This document shows, piece after piece, positions 8,016 to 16,024 of a DNA stretch of 36,831 bases. The stretch lies in the NCBI GenBank assembly GCA_016208645.1, contig JACQXP010000125.1, forward strand, positions 1 through 36,831. Direction: 5' to 3'. This DNA is from Candidatus Methylomirabilota bacterium (GTDB lineage Bacteria; Methylomirabilota; Methylomirabilia; Methylomirabilales; 2-02-FULL-66-22). The position numbers and the translations under genes were made by a program. How positions within the stretch are numbered: the first letter of the stretch is position 1; each line of letters starts with the position of its first letter. Under the pieces are notes generated by a model. It was not told the DNA's origin, made no database searches, and was given only the letters and a program-made list of their open reading frames with translations.

Positions 8016-9162
8016 GTCGCCCGCCGGGCCCCGGATCCTGATCGTGGCGGGGGAGGCCTCGGGCGATCTGCACGGCGCGCGCCTGGTGGCAGCGCTCCGG
8101 CGACTGGCCCCAGAGCTCACCCTGGAGGGCATGGGTGGGGGACAGATGCGGGACGCCGGCGTGCACCTTTTGGCCGACGCCGGCGACACCGCCGTGGTGG
8201 GGCTCACCGAGCTGTGGGAGAAGCGGCGGGCCCTGCGGGATGCGCTCCGGCGCCTGCGCCAGCACCTGGCGACCGCTCGTCCTGCCCTGCTGATCTGCAT
8301 CGACTTCCCGGACTTCAACCTCCTGCTGGCGCGCACGGCTCGTCGCCTCCGCATCCCGGTTTGCTACTTCATCAGCCCGCAGGTCTGGGCATGGCGACGC
8401 GGCCGGATCCGGACGATCCGCCGTCTCGTGCGGAAGATGCTCGTCCTGTTCCCGTTCGAGGAAGCCATGTACCAGAAGGCCGGCGTGGACGTGACGTTCG
8501 TGGGGCATCCCCTCCTGGACGCACTGGCCGACGTGCCGCCGCGAGAGGCCTGCCGGGCGGCGCTGGGCGTCGCGAGCCCCTGCCCGGTCCTGGGACTGCT
8601 GCCCGGCAGCCGTGAGGCGGAGATCCGGCGCCACCTGCCGCTGCTCTTGGGGGCGGCGGCCCGCCTGGCCGGGGGTCGTCCCGATCTGCGGCTGCTCCTG
8701 GGGCTGGCGCCCTCGCTGGATGACCGGGCGGTCGAGGCGGCGGTGGCGGCCTCGGGGATCCGGCCGACGATCATCCAGGGACGGACCCCCGAGCTGATCC
8801 GTGCGGCCGATCTGGTCCTGGCGGTGTCGGGGACGGTGACCCTCGAGGCCGCCATCCTGGGAACGCCCATGGTCATCACGTATCGCGTGGGGACGCTCTC
8901 CTGGGCTCTCGGGCGACTCCTGGTCCGGGTGCGGTTCATCGGGCTGCCGAACCTGGTGGCGGACGAGGGCATTGTCCCGGAGCTGATTCAGTTCGCGGCC
9001 ACGCCGGAGCGACTGGCCCTCACCGCGGCGGCGATCCTGGAATCGCCCGAGCGCCAGGCCCGGATGCGGGCGGCTCTGGCCGAGGTCCGGACGCGGCTGG
9101 GGGCACCGGGAGCCGCGGAACGCGCCGCCCGGGAAGTTCTGGCGCTGCTCCCAGCTTCGTGA
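8008..9162 (+). CDS. lpxB: Lipid-A-disaccharide synthase
   Basis: MHGSPAGPRILIVAGEASGDLHGARL matches the GT19 N-terminal signature. ATG 8008 was chosen because the ORF-track start at 7948 would translate the repeat array. Confidence 0.9.
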   Translation: MHGSPAGPRILIVAGEASGDLHGARLVAALRRLAPELTLEGMGGGQMRDAGVHLLADAGDTAVVGLTELWEKRRALRDALRRLRQHLATARPALLICIDFPDFNLLLARTARRLRIPVCYFISPQVWAWRRGRIRTIRRLVRKMLVLFPFEEAMYQKAGVDVTFVGHPLLDALADVPPREACRAALGVASPCPVLGLLPGSREAEIRRHLPLLLGAAARLAGGRPDLRLLLGLAPSLDDRAVEAAVAASGIRPTIIQGRTPELIRAADLVLAVSGTVTLEAAILGTPMVITYRVGTLSWALGRLLVRVRFIGLPNLVADEGIVPELIQFAATPERLALTAAAILESPERQARMRAALAEVRTRLGAPGAAERAAREVLALLPAS

Positions 9163-9178
9163 GGGTCACAGCATCGCC

Positions 9179-9856
9179 ATGAGCAGACACTGGCGTTCCC
9201 CTCGAGATTGGCCGATCAGCCTGACCCTGGGCCCCTGGCTTGCCAGCCACCTGATGCGGATCGGCATGGCCACCCTTCGCCGCTCGGATGTGGGGCGCCA
9301 GCATCCGGAGGCCTGCTGGGCCAGGGGGGAGCGGATCGTCGTGGCCTTCTGGCACGGGCGGCTCCTGATGATGCCGTTCGCCTCTCCTGGACTGCGGGCC
9401 ACGGTCCTCATCAGCCAGCACCGGGACGGCGAGTACATCACGCGGATCGCCGAACGGCTGGGCTTCACGGTGGTGCGGGGATCGGCCACGCGCGGCGGGG
9501 CCCACGCCTTCAAACAGCTCCTCCGGAGCTTGCGACATGGCAGCCACGTGGGCATCACCCCCGACGGGCCGAAAGGGCCGCGGCAGCGGGTGAAATCCGG
9601 CGTCGTTGAATTGGCGCGCCTGTCGGGGATGCCCATTCTGCCAGTCGCCTTCGGGGCGTGGCCCCGGACGATCCTGAAGAGCTGGGACCAGTTCCTGGTC
9701 CCCTATCCCTTCAGCCGCGGGGTCTACGTCTGGGGCGAGCCCATCTACGTGCCGGCGGATGCCGACAAAGCCGCAGTGGAGAAGTTCCAGTCCCTGCTGG
9801 CCGAACGACTGGACGCCCTGGTTGCGGAGGCGGACACGCGGGCCGCAAACGGATGA
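9179..9856 (+). CDS. DUF374 / lysophospholipid-acyltransferase-like protein commonly linked to waaA
   Basis: 225 aa with FWHGRLLMMP...ISQHRDGEYI...GSATRGG...ITPDGPKGPR, which fits my memory of DUF374. It sits directly upstream of waaA. Confidence 0.7.
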   Translation: MSRHWRSPRDWPISLTLGPWLASHLMRIGMATLRRSDVGRQHPEACWARGERIVVAFWHGRLLMMPFASPGLRATVLISQHRDGEYITRIAERLGFTVVRGSATRGGAHAFKQLLRSLRHGSHVGITPDGPKGPRQRVKSGVVELARLSGMPILPVAFGAWPRTILKSWDQFLVPYPFSRGVYVWGEPIYVPADADKAAVEKFQSLLAERLDALVAEADTRAANG

Positions 9857-9861
9857 AACGC

Positions 9862-9935
9862 GTTCGGGGCACCCACGCCATTGCGGTGGATCCCCACCGC
9901 CGTGGCGTGGGTGCCGCGAACCACCGAACTTTTTT
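9862..9935 (+). promoter_or_regulatory. 28-bp imperfect hairpin plus a T6 tract immediately upstream of waaA (terminator/attenuator or REP-like structure)
   Basis: 9862-9889 pairs with 9894-9921: 25 Watson-Crick pairs, 1 G-U and 2 mismatches around a 4-nt loop. T6 lies at 9930-9935, 8 nt after the stem and 6 nt before ATG 9942. Confidence 0.55.
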
Positions 9936-9941
9936 GGAAGC

Positions 9942-11210
9942 ATGATGTACTGGCTCTACAGCCTCGGGCTCGGTGCCTTCTTCCTGGGGGGACTGCCGGT
10001 CTTCATGGCCCAGGCGATCCTGCGGGGAAAGTACCGCCGGGGCCTGCCCGAGCGGTTGGGGCGGGTCCCGGCCTGGGCAGGACTGGTGCCGCCCGTCTGG
10101 CTGCATGCGGTCTCCGTGGGTGAGGTCATGGCGGCCATCCCGCTGGCGCGGGAGCTGGCGGGGCGTCGGCCGGACCTCCCGCTCCTGGTCTCCACGGTCA
10201 CGGACACCGGCCGCGCCGTGGCGGAGCAGCGGCTGCCGGCCAAGCAGTTCGTCTTTTTTCCCGTGGATCTCGGGTGGGCCGTCGAGCCGGCGCTGGACCG
10301 GCTCCGCCCGCGGATCGTGCTGCTCACCGAGACGGAGATCTGGCCGAATTTCATCCGTGCCTGCGGGGCCCGTGGCGTCCCCGTGGTGCTGATCAATGGC
10401 CGGATCTCCCCGCGCTCTTATCCCCGCTATCGTCGGGTGCGCCGGCTCTTTGCGCAGGTGCTCCGGGGGATCCGGCTCTTTTGCATGCAGACCGCGCAGG
10501 ATGCGGAGCGGATCCTGCTCTTGGGCGCGCCCGCAGATCGCGTTCGGGTCGTGGGCAACCTGAAATATGATCTCCCCACCCTGGGCGCGGCGCCGGATGT
10601 AGCGGGCGTGCGAGCGCGGCTCGCCCTCTCGCCGGACCGGCGGCTCATCGTGGCCGGGAGCACCCACCGGGGCGAGGATGAGGTCCTCCTGGAGGTCTTC
10701 CGGGACCTCCGCCGCTCCCGAGAAGACCTGTGCCTCCTGCTCGCGCCGCGGCATCCAGAGCGGCTGGACGAGGTGGAGCGGCTCGTCCGACGGGCGGGGC
10801 TGACCTGGGTTCGCCGCAGCCAGTTGCCGGCGAAACCTTTGGACGGAGCCTCAGTCATCCTCCTGGACACCATGGGGGAACTGGCGCTCCTGTATGCCGC
10901 TGCAACAGTGGTGTTCATCGGGGGCAGCCTGATCCCTCACGGGGGGCAGAACATGCTCGAGCCGGCGGCTGTCGGGCGCCCCGTCCTCCACGGTCCCCAC
11001 ATGGGCAACTTCGCCGAGATGCGGGATCTGTTCCGGCAGGCGGGGGCGGCCATCCAGGTGGAGGATGGGATCGGCCTCGGCGAGAAGCTGGCGGCGCTTT
11101 TGGATGATCCGGCGCGGGCCGACCGGATGGGGAAGGCGGGCCGCCAGATCGTGGAGACCCACCGGGGCGCCGGTCACCGGACCCTGGACCTGCTGGAGGC
11201 GCTCTTGTGA
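9942..11210 (+). CDS. waaA: 3-deoxy-D-manno-octulosonic acid (Kdo) transferase
   Basis: Starts MMYWLYSLGLGAFF (TM segment), with WLHAVSVGEV and a GT30-type C-terminal half. The ORF-track 5' extension (9759-9941) overlaps the upstream gene and the hairpin. Confidence 0.9.
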   Translation: MMYWLYSLGLGAFFLGGLPVFMAQAILRGKYRRGLPERLGRVPAWAGLVPPVWLHAVSVGEVMAAIPLARELAGRRPDLPLLVSTVTDTGRAVAEQRLPAKQFVFFPVDLGWAVEPALDRLRPRIVLLTETEIWPNFIRACGARGVPVVLINGRISPRSYPRYRRVRRLFAQVLRGIRLFCMQTAQDAERILLLGAPADRVRVVGNLKYDLPTLGAAPDVAGVRARLALSPDRRLIVAGSTHRGEDEVLLEVFRDLRRSREDLCLLLAPRHPERLDEVERLVRRAGLTWVRRSQLPAKPLDGASVILLDTMGELALLYAAATVVFIGGSLIPHGGQNMLEPAAVGRPVLHGPHMGNFAEMRDLFRQAGAAIQVEDGIGLGEKLAALLDDPARADRMGKAGRQIVETHRGAGHRTLDLLEALL

Positions 11211-12346
11211 GCCTGGGCGCCGCCCTCCGAAGCTACTCCCTGGGGGCGATGCAGGCGGGGCAGCCGACGCCGGGCCAGCGCGCCTGGCGCCTCGTGTTGA
11301 CGGCCGCAGCGGCCGGATATCGCGCAGGCGTCGGCGTGCGCGCGTGGGCCTTCGCCTCGGGGCTGCGGGGCGTCCGGCGCCTGCCCTGCCCGGTCATCTG
11401 CGTCGGCAACCTGACCGTGGGGGGAAGCGGGAAGACCCCGTGCACGATCGCCCTGGCGCGCTGGTTCCGCGCCCGGGGCCGGGCCGTCGGGATCCTGCTC
11501 CGCGGGTACGGAGGCCGGGAGTCCGGGGTGAGGGTGGCGGCGGACGATCGCGGGGTTTCCGCCCGATGGGAATCGGTGGGTGACGAGGCCATCCTGCTGG
11601 CGCGGCGGCTGCCCGGCGTCCCGGTCGTCGTGGGCGCCGACCGCTTCCGGGCCGGCCAGGAGGCCCTGCGGCGGTTTCGACCGGATGTCCTGCTGCTCGA
11701 CGACGGGTTTCAGCACCGGCAACTGCATCGCGACCTGGATCTCGTCATGGTGGATGCGACTGATCCGTTCGGCGGCGGGTGGCTCTTGCCGCGGGGACGG
11801 CTGCGGGAGCCCGTCGTGGGGCTTCGCCGCGCTCACGCGGTGATCCTGAGCCGGACGGATCAGGCCCCGGACCTCGCCAGTCTCCGGCGGTGCCTGGAGC
11901 AGATCGTTCCCGGCGCGCCCCAGATCCTCACGCGCCATCGCCCGTCCCGTCTGGCCGATCTGGGGGGCGGCGAGGAACATCCGCTGGAATGGCTGGCGGG
12001 CCGCCGGATCCTGGCGGTCTGCGGCATCGCCAATCCCGGGGGGCTTCACCGGACGCTCACGGACCTCGGGGCGATGCTGGTCGGGACGGCGGTGTTTCCC
12101 GATCACCATCCCTATGGGCCAGCGGATCTGCTCCGGGTGGATCGGATGGCCCGGGAGGGGCGCGCCGAGCTCGTCGTCACCACGGAGAAGGACGCGATCC
12201 GGATGCCGGCGCCGCAGGCGGTCCCGCACGGGGCCGGGACGCCGGGCCGGCCGATGCTGGTGCTCCAGGTGGAGCTGGAGGTCACCGAGGGAGCGGAATC
12301 GCTCGAGCGGCTGCTGATGGGGTGCGGGGGAGGGGGACGTGGCTGA
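11207..12346 (+). CDS. lpxK: Tetraacyldisaccharide 4'-kinase
   Basis: P-loop VGNLTVGGSGKTP plus the DDGFQH motif. The GTG start overlaps the waaA stop (GTGA). Confidence 0.88.
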   Translation: MSLGAALRSYSLGAMQAGQPTPGQRAWRLVLTAAAAGYRAGVGVRAWAFASGLRGVRRLPCPVICVGNLTVGGSGKTPCTIALARWFRARGRAVGILLRGYGGRESGVRVAADDRGVSARWESVGDEAILLARRLPGVPVVVGADRFRAGQEALRRFRPDVLLLDDGFQHRQLHRDLDLVMVDATDPFGGGWLLPRGRLREPVVGLRRAHAVILSRTDQAPDLASLRRCLEQIVPGAPQILTRHRPSRLADLGGGEEHPLEWLAGRRILAVCGIANPGGLHRTLTDLGAMLVGTAVFPDHHPYGPADLLRVDRMAREGRAELVVTTEKDAIRMPAPQAVPHGAGTPGRPMLVLQVELEVTEGAESLERLLMGCGGGGRG

Positions 12347-13322
12347 GCGGTCCCGCTGGAGCCCGGCGGCGCTCCTGGAATGGGGACTGGTCGTGTGTCT
12401 TGCCAGGACGTTCGCCTGGCTGCCGGAATCGGCGGCGTATGCCCTGGGGGTGGGGGCGGGCCGCCTGGCCTTCCGGCTGGACGGGAGACATCGCGCCATC
12501 ACCGTGGAGAATCTCGCCCGGGCCTTTCCGGGCAAGTTCTCCCCCCCAGAGGTCGAGGCGCTGGCGCGGGCCGTGTTCGAGAACCTGGGACGGACGGCCG
12601 TGGACGTGGCGCGCTCGGACCGCCTCCTGCGCGGGTCGAGCCCGGAGGCCGTGCGTATTGACGGCCTGGCCCGGTTGCAGGAGGCCCGGCGGCGCGGCAA
12701 GGGGGTTCTCGTGATCACGGCCCACCTCGGTCCTTGGGAGCTTTTGCCTGTCATCATGGCCACTCGCTATGGGCCGGGCCATATGGTGGCCAGGCCTCTG
12801 GACAATCCCAGATTGGACGATCTGCTCACAGCCCTGCGGGAGCGGGGGGGAAATCGGGTCATCCGGAAGCGCGACGCGATCCTGGCGGTCCTCCCGATCC
12901 TCCGCCGCGGCGAGATGGTGGGCATTCTGATCGACCAGCACATCAGCGAGAAGGATGGGGTCGTCGTTCCCTTCTTCGGTCGCCCCGCCTCAACCGTCTT
13001 TGCGCCGGCCCTCCTGGCCTTGCGGTCGGGGGCGGCCGTCCTGCCCGCGGGCATCATCCGGGAGGGACGGGGGCGATACCGGGTCCGGGTCGCGGAAGAG
13101 GTGCCCGTGCGGCGGAGCGGAGACTTGAGGGCCGACCTGGTGGAGAACACGGCACGGTTCACGGCGGCCATCGAGGCGTTCATCCGGGTGCATCCGGATC
13201 AGTGGTTCTGGGTGCACCGGCGGTGGAAGACGCAGCTCCCGCTGGATCCGAAACTGGAAACTGGAAATCGGAAACTGGATGCGGACCCGGAACGTGTCGG
13301 AAGCGTCTCCGAGACAGACTAA
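12339..13322 (+). CDS. lpxL: Lipid A biosynthesis (Kdo)2-lipid IVA acyltransferase, LpxL/HtrB family, with a repeat-encoded C-terminal tail
   Basis: ITAHLGPWELL (HX4E motif) and HPDQWFWVHRRWK are the usual family signatures. About 30 further residues (…PKLETGNRKLDADPERVGSVSETD) run through the heptamer array at 13250-13278. Confidence 0.8.
   Translation: MAERSRWSPAALLEWGLVVCLARTFAWLPESAAYALGVGAGRLAFRLDGRHRAITVENLARAFPGKFSPPEVEALARAVFENLGRTAVDVARSDRLLRGSSPEAVRIDGLARLQEARRRGKGVLVITAHLGPWELLPVIMATRYGPGHMVARPLDNPRLDDLLTALRERGGNRVIRKRDAILAVLPILRRGEMVGILIDQHISEKDGVVVPFFGRPASTVFAPALLALRSGAAVLPAGIIREGRGRYRVRVAEEVPVRRSGDLRADLVENTARFTAAIEAFIRVHPDQWFWVHRRWKTQLPLDPKLETGNRKLDADPERVGSVSETD
13250..13278 (+). 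repeat. Heptamer array, unit GAAACTG, x4, inside the lpxL 3' end; partner arm at 13339-13351
   Basis: GAAACTG GAAACTG GAAATCG GAAACTG G. The complementary ccaatttccagtc lies just after the lpxL stop. Confidence 0.75.
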
Positions 13323-13369
13323 GGTCCGCTCCCGAGCCCCAATTTCCAGTCAGCAACGACACCGGCGCC

Positions 13370-14020
13370 ATGAATCTTTTTGATGCCTCTCTCGGCTCTC
13401 GGCTCTCGACTCGCGGCTCTCCGGCGGCGTTCCTGGACCGCGACGGCACGGTCATCGAGGATCTCGGCTATCTGGGCGATCCAGCAGGGATCCGGTTCAT
13501 CCCGGGCGCGCTGGAGGCCCTGCGGGCCCTCCGGCGCGCGGGGTTCCGGCTGGTCCTGGTGACGAACCAGGCCGGTGTGGCGCGAGGCCTGATCAGCGAG
13601 GCGGACGTTCGCCGGGTCAACGGCCGTCTGGCGGGCCTCCTGGCCGAGGCGGGAATTCCCCTCGACGGGATCTACTACTGTCCGCACCATCCGGAATACG
13701 GGCCGCCGGAATACCGGCGCGACTGCGACTGCCGCAAGCCGCGGCCGGGGATGATTCGGCAGGCCGTTCGCGACCTCGGGCTGGATCCCGCACGGTCGGT
13801 GGTCATCGGGGACCACGTCAGCGATGCCCTGCTGGCCCAGGCGTTCCCCGGGATGCGGGGGATCCTGCTGCGCACCGGGCACGGTGCCGAGCAGTGGCAG
13901 AAGATCCAGCAGGGTGAGCTGGCGCGCCCGGAACACGTTGCGGATGATCTCCGGGTGGCCGTGGAATGGTTCCTGGCCCGGGCAGGAGGGCAGGATGTCG
14001 TCGGTTCCCATCCGGCTTGA
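13370..14020 (+). CDS. gmhB: D-glycero-beta-D-manno-heptose 1,7-bisphosphate phosphatase
   Basis: HAD motif FLDRDGTVIED, VTNQAGVARG, the Zn-binding loop CPHHPEYGPPEYRRDCDCRKPRPGM, and GDHVSD. The only start in frame is ATG 13370, so residues 8-17 are encoded by a repeat array. Confidence 0.8.
   Translation: MNLFDASLGSRLSTRGSPAAFLDRDGTVIEDLGYLGDPAGIRFIPGALEALRALRRAGFRLVLVTNQAGVARGLISEADVRRVNGRLAGLLAEAGIPLDGIYYCPHHPEYGPPEYRRDCDCRKPRPGMIRQAVRDLGLDPARSVVIGDHVSDALLAQAFPGMRGILLRTGHGAEQWQKIQQGELARPEHVADDLRVAVEWFLARAGGQDVVGSHPA
13389..13422 (+). repeat. Heptamer array, unit CTCTCGG (reverse complement of GAGAGCC), inside the gmhB 5' coding region
   Basis: CTCTCGG CTCTCGG CTCTCGA CTCGCGG CTCTCC. It translates as LGSRLSTRGS. 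Confidence 0.8.
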
Positions 14021-15083
14021 CGGCGCCCGGCGAATCCTGCTGGTCAAGCCGAGCGCCCTGGGCGATGTGATCCACGCCCTCCCCGTGGCGGCCACCCTCC
14101 GCCGCCGCTACCCGAATATTCGCCTGGACTGGCTCGTCGAAGAAGAAGCGGCAGACCTCGTCACGGGACACCCCGCTCTGAGCGGGGTCGTGGTGTCGGG
14201 AAGGCGACGGTGGCTGCGGCAGCTCCGGAATCCGGTGGAGATCCCCCGAACGCTGATGGAGGCGAGACGCTTCGCCGCGGATCTCCGGCGCCGGCGCTAC
14301 GGCGCGGTGCTGGACCTCCAGGGACTGTTCAAGAGCGCGCTTTACGTCCTGGCGACCGGGGCTCCCATCCGGGTCGGCTTTGCCGAGGGGCGGGAGGGGG
14401 CGACGCGGGTCCTCACGCATCGGGTCGTGGCGCCGCCCCAGCCGGTGCACGCGGTGGACCGGTACCTGGCGCTGGCCGCGGCCGTGGATGCGACCGAGCC
14501 GGTTCGCGAGTTCCACATCGCCCTGGGTCCGGAGGATCTGGCCGCGGCGAGATCCCACCTGGCGGCTTGCCGGGTACCCCCTGGGTGCCCATGCGTCGTG
14601 TTGCACCCGGCGGCCCGCTGGCGCACCAAGCTGTGGGAGGTGGAGCGATGGCGCGAACTGGCGGCGTCGCTCCTGGCGGAAGGGATGGGGGTGATCCTCA
14701 CCGGCAGCCGGCAGGATGAGGCGTTGGCGGCGACGATCGTGACCGGCCTTTCCCCGCCGCCCGTGTCGCTGGTGGGGCGACTGTCCTTGAAGCAGCTTGT
14801 GGCCGTCCTTCGGGATGTGGACCTCATGATCACGGTGGACTCGGGCCCCATGCACATGGCTGCCGCGGTGGGGACCCCGGTCGTGGCCCTGTTCGGCCCC
14901 ACCGATCCGCGGCGCACGGGACCGCTGGGGCCGGGGGCCGTCCTGCGGCGCGAGCTGCCCTGCAGCCCCTGCCTGCGGCGAGGCTGCCAGATCGCGGACA
15001 CCTATCGCTGCATGCGCGATCTCGGCGTCGCCGAGGTCCTGCAGGCGAGCCGAGAGCTTCTCCGCACCCGTGCCCGACTCTGA
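13995..15083 (+). CDS. ADP-heptose:LPS heptosyltransferase (glycosyltransferase family 9)
   Basis: RILLVKPSALGDVIHALP is a GT9 N-terminal signature, and DSGPMHMAAAVGTPVVALFGPT a C-terminal one. ATG 13995 is preceded by AGGAGGG and overlaps the gmhB end by 26 nt. Confidence 0.82.
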   Translation: MSSVPIRLDGARRILLVKPSALGDVIHALPVAATLRRRYPNIRLDWLVEEEAADLVTGHPALSGVVVSGRRRWLRQLRNPVEIPRTLMEARRFAADLRRRRYGAVLDLQGLFKSALYVLATGAPIRVGFAEGREGATRVLTHRVVAPPQPVHAVDRYLALAAAVDATEPVREFHIALGPEDLAAARSHLAACRVPPGCPCVVLHPAARWRTKLWEVERWRELAASLLAEGMGVILTGSRQDEALAATIVTGLSPPPVSLVGRLSLKQLVAVLRDVDLMITVDSGPMHMAAAVGTPVVALFGPTDPRRTGPLGPGAVLRRELPCSPCLRRGCQIADTYRCMRDLGVAEVLQASRELLRTRARL

Positions 15084-16024
15084 TGAAACCGCAAATGAAC
15101 GCAAATAGACGCAAATGGTTCTCTCGGGCGGGCTCTCAGACAAAGAGGTCATCATTTGCGTTCATTCGCGTTTATTTGCGGTTGCATTTGGTTTTGATCG
15201 CGGTGCTGGTTTTCTTGGGACACGCATGGGCGGGGCAGGCGGCCGAGATGGAGCGCCTCTACCGCGAGGGCGAACGGTTGGTCTATGACGTGAGCTGGCT
15301 GGGGATCAAGGGGGGGCAGGCCACGCTCGAAGTCCGGGGCGTGGTCCAGCTCGACGGCCAGCGGGCGTACCACGTGGTGACGACGGCGACCTCGGGTCCC
15401 GTGCTGTCCAAGATCTACCGGGTGGACGACCGGACCGAATCCTACATCGCGCTCCACCCGATGCGGGCGCTGCGGTTCGAGAAGCACCTGCGGGAGGGCC
15501 GCTACCGGCACAGCAGCCAGACGGAGTTCGACCACGAAAAGGGCCGGGCGAGCTTCCGGTACCTGGATTTCAGCCGGGTGCCGCGGGAGGTCTCGCGGCT
15601 GGAAGAGGCGGAGCGCTACGGAACGTACGTGAACCAGGAGTTTCCCCTCACCCCCGGTGCCCTGGATGAGCTGTCGGTCCTGTACTACGTGCGGACCCTG
15701 CCCCTGGCCTCCAGCACGACGGTCGTGACCAGCGTGTTTGCCAGCAAGAAGAATTGGGACCTGGAGGTCAAGGTGCTGCGGCGGGAACCCTTGGAGACGG
15801 CCCTGGGCCGCCGAGACACGGTGGTGGTGGAGCCCCTCCTGAAATTCGAGGGGATCTTCCAGCGGAAGGGCCGGATGATCGTCTGGATGACGGACGATGC
15901 GGAGAGGATCCCGGTGCAGATGAAGAGCGAGATCATCATCGGCAGCTTCGTGGCGAGCCTTACCCGGCGGGAGGTCGGGACGCCCCCGCCGCGGCTGGAC
16001 CTTCCGGGAGGGCCAGCCCAATGA
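15083..16024 (+). CDS. DUF3108-like exported protein; start codon uncertain
   Basis: YDVSWLGIKGGQATLEV and the overall pattern fit my memory of DUF3108. A signal-like LHLVLIAVLVFLGHAWA is present. ATG 15083 would translate both repeat arms; TTG 15176 is an alternative. Confidence 0.6.
   Translation: MKPQMNANRRKWFSRAGSQTKRSSFAFIRVYLRLHLVLIAVLVFLGHAWAGQAAEMERLYREGERLVYDVSWLGIKGGQATLEVRGVVQLDGQRAYHVVTTATSGPVLSKIYRVDDRTESYIALHPMRALRFEKHLREGRYRHSSQTEFDHEKGRASFRYLDFSRVPREVSRLEEAERYGTYVNQEFPLTPGALDELSVLYYVRTLPLASSTTVVTSVFASKKNWDLEVKVLRREPLETALGRRDTVVVEPLLKFEGIFQRKGRMIVWMTDDAERIPVQMKSEIIIGSFVASLTRREVGTPPPRLDLPGGPAQ
15088..15191 (+). repeat. Inverted GAACGCAAAT-type arrays (10-nt period); left arm 15088-15117, right arm 15153-15191
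   Basis: The reverse complement of the left arm matches 15153-15182 at 26 of 30 positions; the loop is 35 nt. It shares ATGAACGCAAAT and TTCTCTsGGG with 28199-28240. Confidence 0.85.

Noticed and set aside
9759-9941. The 5' extension of the waaA ORF, and likewise the 15754-16020 extension of the epimerase ORF.
   Set aside because: Both overlap the preceding genes in another frame, and for waaA also the hairpin. Homology and a hydrophobic N-terminus begin at ATG 9942; the Rossmann motif begins just after ATG 16021.
3571-12346. Absence of lpxC and lpxH from the lipid A cluster as an anomaly.
   Set aside because: lpxC is commonly encoded elsewhere, often near the fts/dcw region. lpxH is functionally replaced by the lpxI-type gene at 6015-6815. 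This is an ordinary arrangement.
12734-13369. The long 5' extension of the gmhB frame (ORF 12734-14020, 428 aa).
   Set aside because: It overlaps the well-supported lpxL-family gene in another frame and translates to Gly/Pro/Arg-rich low-complexity sequence. GmhB homology begins only after ATG 13370.
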